From Octopus sinensis (lineage: Eukaryota): DNA of 14,236 bases. Both the position numbers and the translations under genes were made by a program. The notes below the pieces were generated by a model. It saw only the letters and a list, made by a program, of their open reading frames with translations. It was not told the DNA's origin and searched no databases. Positions 1 through 9,011 of this stretch are shown one piece after another (position 1 is the first letter of the stretch; each line of letters starts with the position of its first letter). Where the stretch lies: assembly GCF_006345805.1 (NCBI RefSeq), contig NW_021825833.1:1-14236 (forward strand). Reading direction: 5' to 3'.

Positions 1-524
1 TTTAATATAGTTGCGGATTAGGTATTAATGACGAAATTATGTTTAAGAAATAAAAGAAACAATTGAACGAAAAAAAAAATACAGTTCAAACAATGAAATG
101 CATACGAAAATAAATTATCGATACTTTATAAACTAGAATGAAATTTTTGTATGTACAAAAATTTACAAATATATAAAACAGATCGAAAATATTGGGAATC
201 GTAATCGAATAGACTTAATTGGAACTAATGAGGAATATGCTTGGCTATTCCTTAGATAATAATATAAACCAGATATTGAGTGTAATGCGATGCTTCATTT
301 AGTAAATTTAACATGGAGTCCTCGGTGAAATACATGTAAACAAATTGGAGAACAACACCAAATGAAAGATGGTTCTTGTTTCTGTTAACATAATTCTATT
401 GAACAAATGCTGCGTTAGTTACAAAAGTTTAATCGACTGATTAAATACGCAGCATCGCCTGTGTATATCTCCGATTCTAGCATCTGTTTCGATATATTTC
501 TGAAGCGCCTCACGTTCCCTGCCT

Positions 525-1089
525 TAGATAGATAGACAGATAGACAGATAGAGGGGATAGATAGATAAACAAATAGATATATATATATACATATAACAAA
601 ATAGATATATAGATACATACGCAGATAGATAAAGTGATTGATTGATGATTAGATAGACAGATGGCAGATGGGTAGACAGATATAGAAATAGATAGTTAGA
701 TTGATTGGTAGTTAGACAGACAGATCGATACATATCGTAGATGGATAGGTAGATAACTAGATAGATAGATAGATGGATAGATGGATGGATATAGCTAGAT
801 AGCTAGATATATTGAGGGGATAGATAGATGGATAAATAGATGTATAGATAGATAGAATAATAGATATATAGATACATAGGGAGATAGATAAAGTGATTGA
901 TTGGTGGTTAGATAGATAGTTGGTCGATGGTTAGACAGATATAGAAAAAGGTGGCTAGATTGATTGGCAGTGAGACAGATCGATACATATGTTAGCCAAT
1001 AGATAAACAGTTAGGTACGTAGATAGTTAAATAGACAGACCCAAAATAGATATGGTGACAGATTGATAGATAGATAGATAGATAGGTAT

Positions 1090-1167
<78 letters not shown>

Positions 1168-1300
1168 GGATAGATGCGTCGGTAGGTGGATAGATCGATA
1201 AACTGATAGATAAATATATGGATACATATCTTGTGGTAGATTAGAAGATATGTTGTTAGATGAATGAAATATATATCTTTAGATAGATAGCTATCTAGCT
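525..1300. repeat. Degenerate (GATA)n / Bkm-like tetranucleotide array containing a diverged ~260-bp internal duplication
   Basis: GATA/GACA/GATG units throughout, with a pure (GATA)n run at ~1068-1170. Blocks 551-735 and 814-990 share landmarks: gaggggatagatagat, agatagataaagtgattgatt, tagacagatatagaaa and gatcgatacatat. Confidence 0.9.
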
Positions 1301-1668
1301 ACTTAGCTACATGAGTAAATGGTTCCATGACTACACTAATAATTGTAAGGATATTTAGACACACTCGAACACACGGACTCAAAAAGGCAAAGACATGTCT
1401 CACCCCCAAATTGTTCATTACCAGAACGGAGTAGATGAAACAGAGGCGGCTGAAGAAGGGGAATGTTCCTTGTGTTGCATGTCTTGTACTCTATTTTTTC
1501 GTTGTTTAAGAAAAATGTTCCATTTCCTTGGTTTTGTGTTTATGTTTTCGTTTCTCATTGTGTTTGACGTTTTTTGGTGTCCTGTACCCATATATGCGTG
1601 TATATATACATATAGATGTAGGTTCGTACATATATGTTGTATATATACTATGCTTTTTTATTAATTTG

Positions 1669-1669
<1 letters not shown>

Positions 1670-1705
<36 letters not shown>

Positions 1706-1792
1706 TGTGTGTTGTGTGTGGTATTTATATGCATACATAATTATTTTCCCGTGATTTTCTCGTGAAGTATTTGCTCCGTACCTAAATACATA

Positions 1793-1846
<54 letters not shown>

Positions 1847-2020
1847 ATATTATATATATATTATATATGTATATATAACATATACATATTATACATATAC
1901 TATATATATATATATATAATATATATACATATATACATACATACATTCGCACACATATATATGGTATATATATGCATACAAACAACGCCCCCCCATATAT
2001 ATATAAATATATATATATAT
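1670..2020. repeat. (TA)n microsatellite blocks, interrupted
   Basis: Direct inspection shows long TA runs at ~1670-1702 and ~1786-2020. Confidence 0.9.
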
Positions 2021-2259
2021 TAACCGGTGTTTTCAAAGCGATAAATAGCTTTTTGCGGAAACCATGGTATGCTTCGTTTTCTGACTTTATAATCATCTCA
2101 TAATAATGACTTTCATGACTTTTATTACTACCTCAGTCATTCTAAATGTATATATTTCTCGTTACCTGTCATAAAAAGCCTTTTTTTATTTGCAATGTGC
2201 ATTTTCCATATTTTACCCTTACATTTCCACGTGTATTTTATATTTTCTTTTGTAATATT

Positions 2260-2343
2260 TATATATATATAAATATATATATATATATACATACAAAATG
2301 AGAAAATGGAGAAACATACCGAAATCCAATCATCAACCATCAG

Positions 2344-2381
<38 letters not shown>

Positions 2382-2397
2382 TATTATATATATATCT

Positions 2398-2428
<31 letters not shown>

Positions 2429-2437
2429 TATATATTA
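2260..2437. repeat. (TA)n microsatellite blocks flanking the inverted-repeat element
   Basis: TA runs at ~2260-2290 and ~2345-2437. Confidence 0.85.
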
Positions 2438-2522
2438 TATTAGAGACAAAACCATTATTTTGCAAAACAAACATTGAAGACTTAATCAATACATAAAATT
2501 TAATAAATAGTCAAAAAAACCG

Positions 2523-2565
2523 CCACTACAATTGTTTCTTGTCTTGATCGACAATCTTCAGGTGG
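2523..2565 (-). ncRNA. Minimal type I hammerhead ribozyme (left arm)
   Basis: The minus strand reads CCAC-CUGAAGA-UUGUC-GAUCAA-GACAA-GAA-ACAAUUGU-A^GUGG. Stem I is CCAC/GUGG, stem II is UUGUC/GACAA, stem III is palindromic, and the GUA cleavage site falls between 2527 and 2526. Confidence 0.8.
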
Positions 2566-3785
2566 ACTTCCAATCTAAAATATCAATATTTTAAAATATA
2601 AAATAATAATTTTAAAATAATTAAAGTATTAATGAAAAAATATAAGTATATAATCCATATATAACCTGTATATAATCCATATATAATCAATATATAAACA
2701 ATATATAAACTAAAAAAAACCTATCAACAATTAAATATAAAATATAAAATATGTGGGATTGTGTGTGAGTGTGTGCGTATTTTGGTTGTGTAGTTTGTTT
2801 ATCTGTATGAATGTGGGTGTGTTAATATTGTTGTATATGTCGAGTTTGGTGAGTACGTATATGTATATGGTGTGTGTTTTATGTATGTATATTTGTGTGT
2901 GAATGTGTTTATGGGTTTGCTATTTAGGTTGGGGATGTATCTGTTTTATTTGTCTGTGTGGGGTTGAGTGGGTTTTTGGAGTATATGTTGAGGTTTATAT
3001 GTATGTATAGGTATGTGTAAGTGGGGTGGGTATTTGTATATGTCGTGGGGTGGTGGTTTACGTGTGTGTATTTGTGTGTGAATGTTTAGGTTAGGGGGAT
3101 TGCTATATAGGTATGTTATAGAGTTTAGTAAAGGGAGATTTTATCATTATATGTTTTTATGAGTTTTGGTTTATCATGGTAGGTTGTTAAGGAATTCGTA
3201 GTAATTGTGTCTATTTGCGATGTCTGTTGTTTTATTGCATTGTTTCATTCATAATTTTTAAGTAGTGTTCGTTTTACCAAGTGAATATAATTTTTAATTC
3301 CATTTATTCCATTTCTCCGTTCATAATTTTAAGTGATGTCCGTTTCTAGAGCGGGAATGTGCGTTGTATGTGTGTGTGTGGGAGTATGAATAAGTATTGT
3401 GTTGAAGTATTAGCTATTTTATTTATTTATAGTTGCCTAGACGTTTTTATGTGTATGTATAGGATATATATATAGGTGTGTGATTTAGTGTATGTAGTTA
3501 GATATGGTTATATATAATTAGTTATATGTGTATGGGTGTATATATAGTTTATTATTATATTATTATTATTTTTTGTTTTGTTTATATTTTATATTTTATA
3601 TTTTATATTTTATATTTAATTGTTGATAGGTTTTTTTAGTTTATATATTGTTTATATATTGATTATATATGGATTATATATAGGTTATAATGGATTATAT
3701 ATTTATATTTTTTTTCATTAATACTTTAATTATTTTAAAATTATTATTTTTATATTTTAAAATATTGATATTTTAGATTGGAAGT

Positions 3786-3828
3786 CCACCTGAAGATTGT
3801 CGATCAAGACAAGAAACAATTGTAGTGG
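3786..3828 (+). ncRNA. Minimal type I hammerhead ribozyme (right arm)
   Basis: CCAC 3786-3789, CUGAAGA 3790-3796, stem II UUGUC 3797-3801 / GACAA 3808-3812, GAA 3813-3815, ACAAUUGU 3816-3823, A17 at 3824, GUGG 3825-3828. It is identical to the left-arm copy. The 10.1-11.1 pair is U-A rather than the usual G-C. Confidence 0.8.
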
Positions 3829-4013
3829 CGTTTTTTGACTATTTATTAAAATTTTATGTATTGATTAAGTCTTTCCTTGTTTGTTTTGCAAAATAGTGGT
3901 TTTGTCTCTAATAATATTTTATAATATTTTACTATAAAATTGGATTTAATCCTAAATCTGATTTTTTTCCCTTCTTGTTTCCCTGTAAATTGGATTTATT
4001 CCCTAATATTTAT

Positions 4014-4014
<1 letters not shown>

Positions 4015-4063
<49 letters not shown>
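4015..4063. repeat. (TA)n microsatellite
   Basis: Pure TA run. Confidence 0.95.
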
Positions 4064-4065
<2 letters not shown>

Positions 4066-4257
4066 ACGTGTGGACCGTTGGCGATTTTTTTCCTCCGTCT
4101 TCCCTTCTCTGGATCTTCCTTCTCCTATGTTTTCCGACAAGAGCTCCGCTCGAAACGTTAACCCTCCTTCTTCCTTTCTTTCCTGAGCGTCCAATAATAC
4201 TATATTCGTTCCACGTCCTCGCGTTGTTGTATTTTTTTTGTGCTTTCATGTTTGGAT

Positions 4258-4261
<4 letters not shown>
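4064..4261 (+). mobile_element. Second PLE-like repeat family fragment with a degenerate minimal hammerhead, flanked by (TA)n
   Basis: 4134-4160 reads CCGACAA-GAGC-UCC-GCUC-GAA-ACGU-UA, a hammerhead layout with core mutations. A homologous copy starts at ~14152. Both copies directly follow TA runs. Confidence 0.6.
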
Positions 4262-4303
<42 letters not shown>

Positions 4304-4446
4304 AATACATACTTACTTATGTGTGTATGTACATGAGTATAGGTCGAACTTTCACATGATGTTAGTTTAGAAAGTGTGAGTTCCCTTAAGGCCACAAAAA
4401 AAGCTTGTCAAAAGTGTTGCCCAATATTATGAGAAATTCTTATTTT

Positions 4447-4825
4447 GAAGCACTCTGTCGGTTACGACGACGAGGGTTCCGGTTTATCCGAATCAACGGA
4501 ACAGCCTGCTCGTGAAATTAACGTGTAAGTGGCTGAGCAATCCACAGACACGTGTACCCTTAACGTAGTTCTCGGGGATATTCAGCGTGACACAGAGAGT
4601 GACAAGGCCGGCCCTTTGAAATACAGGTACAACAGAAACAGGAAGAGTGACAGAAAGTTGTGGTGAAAGAGTACAGCAGGGATCACCACCATCCCCTGCC
4701 GGAGCCTCATGGAGCTTTAGGTGTTTTCGCTCAATAAACACTCACAACGTCCGGTTTGGGAATCGAAACCGCGATCCTACAACCGCGAGTCCGCTGCCCT
4801 AACGACTGGGCCATTGCGCCTCCAC
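4447..4825 (-). mobile_element. Near full-length tRNA-derived SINE
   Basis: The minus strand begins GTGGAGGCGCAATGGCCCAGTCGTTAGGGCAGCGGACTCGCGG. It has an A box TGGCCCAGTCG (4813-4803) and a B box GGTTTCGATTCC (4770-4759), followed by a ~300-bp body matching an abundant octopus SINE as I recall it. Confidence 0.85.
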
Positions 4826-5559
4826 TGCCTCTAATGTACGCATCAAGTGTATAACAACATGTGTTTTCCCAATGGCTGTTTGATTTAGAACTCGGTTGAT
4901 GGCGTTGAAAGGATTCATTCATACGCTCATATTGCCTTAGTGGTGTGAAGCGAGACGCAAATGCACTGAACACACATCATAAATTCTTTCTTTTAATGTA
5001 TTCTCTGTTCTTTTACTTACAACTGTATGGATCCACATTGATAGAACAGTGATTAATTAATTCACAGAACTGAATCTCTTTAGTTTGTCTTCTCGTGTCA
5101 GATCAACAATATTTCCACCTGTACACAAGTAATTACCGTTCTACCTACGCGACAGAAACAGGAAATAAACGCATGCCATATATATATATATATATACCCG
5201 TTATATGGGGAAATGATTGTTTTTAACGCCATTCATAATGGACCAATTAAAATCGTGATAAATCTTAAACCTGTTCTTCAATTACATAGTTTGAAATACG
5301 GCTCTACACACACAGCAGGTGACGGTAAATCTCCGATTCAGTTATAGGACGTACCTTATTAATCTTATCCCTCTTGAATATTAATCAGTTGGCGATAATC
5401 ATCACGTATGCGGTCACCAGCGTGTGACTTGAAACAAGAGCTGTCTAACATGTTTCACATCTCACAGCTCACTGTTTTAAAAAATTATGGATTCATTCGA
5501 TTAGAACTTTCTCTCATTGAACTGGATATATACAGGTGCATATACAAATAAATGAATGT

Positions 5560-5563
<4 letters not shown>

Positions 5564-5604
<41 letters not shown>

Positions 5605-5784
5605 ACACCAATATAATATATATATATATATAAACTATATATATATATATATATATGTGTAGTTTTGTGTATGTATTACGTGCGTATGTACGTATGTATG
5701 TGTGTATGCATGCATGTATCTATCTCTCTACATACATACCTACCTACGTATATATATATATATATATATATATATGCATATATA

Positions 5785-5850
<66 letters not shown>

Positions 5851-5869
5851 CATGATATATATATATATT
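5564..5869. repeat. (TA)n/(TATG)n compound microsatellite
   Basis: Direct inspection. It is the source of the poly-YI ORFs. Confidence 0.9.
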
Positions 5870-6220
5870 CTTAGTGAGATACAGAAAGAAAGAGTGAGAG
5901 AGAGAGAGAGAGAGGAATTTTTGAAGACGCTTACAAGTAGCAACACTTTCAAGAATTGCTTCAGAACGCATGGTGTTTCGTCTTTAAAAAAAACACAAAA
6001 AAAAAAAAACAAAACCTATTTATTTTTAAAGAATCTGAAACTCTTTCTGACATTTACATATGGTTGTATTCTGTTTAGGAATAATGGTTTTTGTTTTGCT
6101 TTTCTATTCTCCACTTCTTTAATAAATCTGAAATCTTGTGATAAGATAAATCAACACAATGGTCTTATTGTTCTAACAATAACGAAAGTCATCTGGAATC
6201 TGTGTTTGTATACGGCCTCG

Positions 6221-6536
6221 CTACTACTACTGCTACTACACTACTACTACTACTACTACTACTACTAATACTACTACTAATACTACTACTACTACTACTG
6301 CCACTACTACTACTACTACTACTACTAATACTACTACTACATTTACAACTACTACTACTACAACTACTACTACTGCTAATACTACTACCTACAGTACTGC
6401 TACTAACACTATTACTGCTACTACTACTACTACTACTACTACTACGTCTACTACTACTACTACTAGTACTGCTACTAACACTACTACTGCTGCTACTACT
6501 ACTACTACTACTACTACTGCTGCTGCTACTACCACA

Positions 6537-6572
<36 letters not shown>

Positions 6573-6907
6573 GCTACTACTACTGCTAATACTACTACTA
6601 CTACTAGTACTGCTACTAACACTACTACTGCTACTGCTACTACTACTACTACTACATCTACTACTACTGCTAGTACTGCTACTAACACTACTACTGCTAC
6701 TACTACTACTACTTCTACTACTAACTACTACTACTACTACTACTACTACTCTACTAGTACTGCTACCACCACTACTGCTGCTGCTACTACAACTACTGAT
6801 ACTACTACTACTTCTACTACTAGTACTGGTACCACCACTACTGCTGCTGCTGCTGCTGCGACTACTACCACTACTACTACTACTACTACTACTATTACTA
6901 CTACTAA
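6221..6907. repeat. (CTA)n trinucleotide array with higher-order variant units
   Basis: About 690 bp of CTA with a recurring GTACTGCTACTAACACT-type cassette at 6394, 6466, 6607 and 6673, and variants at 6757 and 6823. Confidence 0.95.
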
Positions 6908-6931
6908 CCAATAATAATAATATTTTTTAAT

Positions 6932-7114
6932 ATTTTCTTTATTTTCCACAGGGGGCTAAACATAGAGCGGACAAACGAGGACAGGCAAAGGGATTAAGTC
7001 GAATATATCGACCTCAGTGTGTAACTGGTACTTATTTAATCGACCCCCGAAAGGATGAAAGGCAAAGTCGACCTCGGTGGAATTTGAACTCAGAACGTAA
7101 CGGCAGACGAAATA
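6932..7114 (-). mobile_element. 5'-truncated tRNA-derived SINE with a conserved central domain (Meta/MESC-like by recollection)
   Basis: Minus-strand B box GAGTTCAAATTCC (7091-7079), followed by GAGGTCGACTTTGCCTTTCATCCTTTCGGGGGTCGATTAAATAAGTACCAG. The A box is absent. Confidence 0.8.
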
Positions 7115-7150
7115 ATAATAATAATATTAGTAGTAGTAGTAATAGTAGTT

Positions 7151-7186
<36 letters not shown>
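7110..7186. repeat. (AAT)n-(TAG)n microsatellite
   Basis: Direct inspection. Confidence 0.9.
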
Positions 7187-7187
<1 letters not shown>

Positions 7188-7715
7188 AAATCAATATTAT
7201 TACATAATATTATTAAATAATATCAATTTCAACAAGCGGTCAGCATATTTAAAAATGTCCGAGGACCGTGAATTTTATTTAAACATAATCAATATGAGAG
7301 ATCACGATATGGATCTGTTGTATGCTAAAAATAGAGGTCAAATCGTCTTACCACTCATTCTGTGTTCTCAAATTAGTAGAACGTTAGATGTTTACGAGTT
7401 AGACAAATAATAAGAAATAAGCGTAGAACTTAATTCGACATGAACAATGCTATAAGCGTTTGTGTGTCTCCTCAGTGAAATCCGTGCAGACACAACAATG
7501 GAATTGGACACCAACCGTCTCCGTGAGAGGATACGAATGTTCCAATCCCTTGTATTTAAATTTCGATTCTAACACCGTCGTACTATTGCGTTAAACGAGA
7601 AACTAACTGCAATTGAATGATATTCAGCAGTGAATCAAATTGCTAGAGAACAAGGATACATGAAATTAAAGAATAAGAGTAGAAATTAATTTTATTAAAT
7701 AATTTTATTAAATAA

Positions 7716-8116
7716 CTAGCAGTATCGCCCGGCGTTGCTCGGGTTTGTAAGGGAAATAACTATATAAGCATTTTTAGAGAATTATAGCCAAAAAATAGCA
7801 AAAAAATGCATTAAAAATGAAAAAAAATGATGGTAATTTTTTTTTTAAATCGTTGACTCATCGTCGACATTTTTAGAGAGTTACTTCCCTTATATAATAG
7901 CGAAAAAATGCATTAAAATGGAAGACAAATTATGGTAAATTATTTTTAAAATCGAAGACTCATCGTAGACGCGCGCTAATACCGAGAAGGACTCGATATG
8001 AATCACGACTATCCGATACACGCTTTTGGTTAAACAACACCGCAAAATGTGGGAGTAGTTAGGAATCTAAATCGTAGGAGACAGACAGCACACAACCTCA
8101 CTTTTATATATAAAGA
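7716..8116 (-). mobile_element. Complete non-autonomous Helitron (401 bp)
   Basis: The minus strand starts A|TCTTTATATATAAAAG (5' TC at 8116) and ends CTAG|T (7716), so it is inserted between A and T with no TSD. The subterminal GC hairpin CCCGAGCAACGCCGGG (7743-7728) lies 8 nt upstream of the terminal CTAG. These are the canonical Helitron hallmarks. Confidence 0.88.
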
Positions 8117-8323
8117 TATCCATTTCAACTAGTAGCCAGCATAATTCAAAACATCCGAGGTATGGAATTAAGGGCTGTTTTTATTTCTTTTCTTTTGTCT
8201 AGATCGTAAAAAATATAAGCCTCTTACTAAGTTGAGAACGCAGAATTAGTGGTAAGACGGTCTGACGTCTATTTTTAGCATACAAGGGGTCCATATATTG
8301 ATTTCTCATATTGTTTGCATTTA

Positions 8324-8364
<41 letters not shown>

Positions 8365-8380
8365 TAATAATAATAATAAT
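8324..8380. repeat. (AAT)n microsatellite, left end of the retroelement cluster
   Basis: Direct inspection. Confidence 0.95.
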
Positions 8381-8940
8381 AAATGCCCTGATGCAGTACC
8401 AGGCAGTGGCTCTCATGGCTTCTGATCTTAACTGATTGGAAGTGTTATCATGTACATTGTTTTGTCTTGGTATAAAAGATGGGCTACAGCAAATATTCTG
8501 CTCAATACCACAGATTTGCTTGTCAGTTGTTTGACCTTAACCAGTTGAGCATGTCCCTTAGTGGCAGACGATACGTGCATCTCTGATCACGAGCAGAAGT
8601 AGTGGGGGAGCATCATAGCCATGTGTTGAGAGGGATTATTTGGGGTTTAAATAAATCACCTCTGGAAACATGGGTGTTTCATTTAACATCCTTAAATAAC
8701 ACTTATTCAAGGACCTTTTGAGCGGGATGGGTTACTCGACCAGAGGAAAATTCTAACTGGGCCCCACCTGCAAGGTCATGTGCTGTTTATCTTGATATGA
8801 GATCACCATGTCGCGCACATATGGTTGTGATGCATGTGCCTGGTGTACCCTTATCAGACGGGTAGTCATGATGGGTATACTGGGCTTTGTATATTTTTAC
8901 CCCAGTGTCACTTTGGTGGCATGCTCTGCTCGCTCACTCA
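8381..8940. mobile_element. ~560-bp non-coding interspersed element flanked on both sides by (AAT)n; class and orientation unresolved
   Basis: Sharp boundaries against AAT arrays, much higher GC than the flanks, many local stem-loops and no credible ORF. It resembles an abundant octopus repeat as I recall it. Confidence 0.6.
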
Positions 8941-9011
8941 ATAATAATAATAATAATTGTTTTAATAATTATTTTAATAATTGTTTTAATAATTGTTTCA
9001 ATAATAATAAT

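Larger units (their letters stand above)
2438..3913. mobile_element. Non-coding element with ~315-bp inverted arms, each carrying a hammerhead ribozyme. Best read as a Penelope-like retroelement (PLE) 3' fragment plus an inverted pseudo-LTR.
   Basis: 2438-2752 (tattagagacaaaacc...aaatataaaatat) is the reverse complement of 3598-3913 (...ggttttgtctctaata), with only a few substitutions and small indels. The spacer 2753-3597 is strongly G/T-rich and has no ORF. A hammerhead core lies in each arm. Minimal hammerheads and inverted pLTRs are established PLE features, but the family assignment is an inference. Confidence 0.75.

Noticed and set aside
407-455. atgctgcgt/acgcagcat inverted repeat as a pre-miRNA
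   Set aside because: The stem is only 9 bp with a large asymmetric bulge.
1451-1480. CTGAAGA followed by a stem-like AGGGGAA/TTCCTT: possible third hammerhead; ORF 1395-1664
   Set aside because: No GAAA follows the stem and the loop is too short. The region is probably a repeat fragment, but I cannot classify it from the sequence.
415-2340. ORFs rich in YI/YL/SI repeats, plus similar ones at 3940-4370, 5655-6012, 10177-10885 and 11488-11878
   Set aside because: They are translations of TA, GATA and GT microsatellites or low-complexity T-rich DNA, with no domain signal.
2753-3597. G/T-rich spacer as a mitochondrial insertion or telomeric array
   Set aside because: No mitochondrial ORF, tRNA or rRNA motif is recognisable, and there is only one TTAGG-TTAGGG-like stretch.
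2438-3913. Reading the arms as DNA-transposon TIRs (Academ TAG..CTA, Sola, Kolobok, Polinton, MULE)
   Set aside because: No matching direct TSD beyond an ambiguous TA next to a TA microsatellite, and the hammerheads point to a PLE. Not fully excluded.
6189-6949. 240-aa poly-Ser, poly-Leu and poly-Val ORFs
   Set aside because: They are frames of the (CTA)n array, where stop-free reading is expected by construction.
7247-7410. Short ORF MSEDREFYLNIINMRDHDMDLLYAKNRGQIVLPLILCSQISRTLDVYELDK
   Set aside because: No recognisable motif or splice support, and the length is compatible with chance.
7425-7480. Minus-strand CTGAGGA-GACA...TGTC-GAAT, hammerhead-like
   Set aside because: A15.1 is missing (GAAT), and there is no convincing stem I/III or NUH site.
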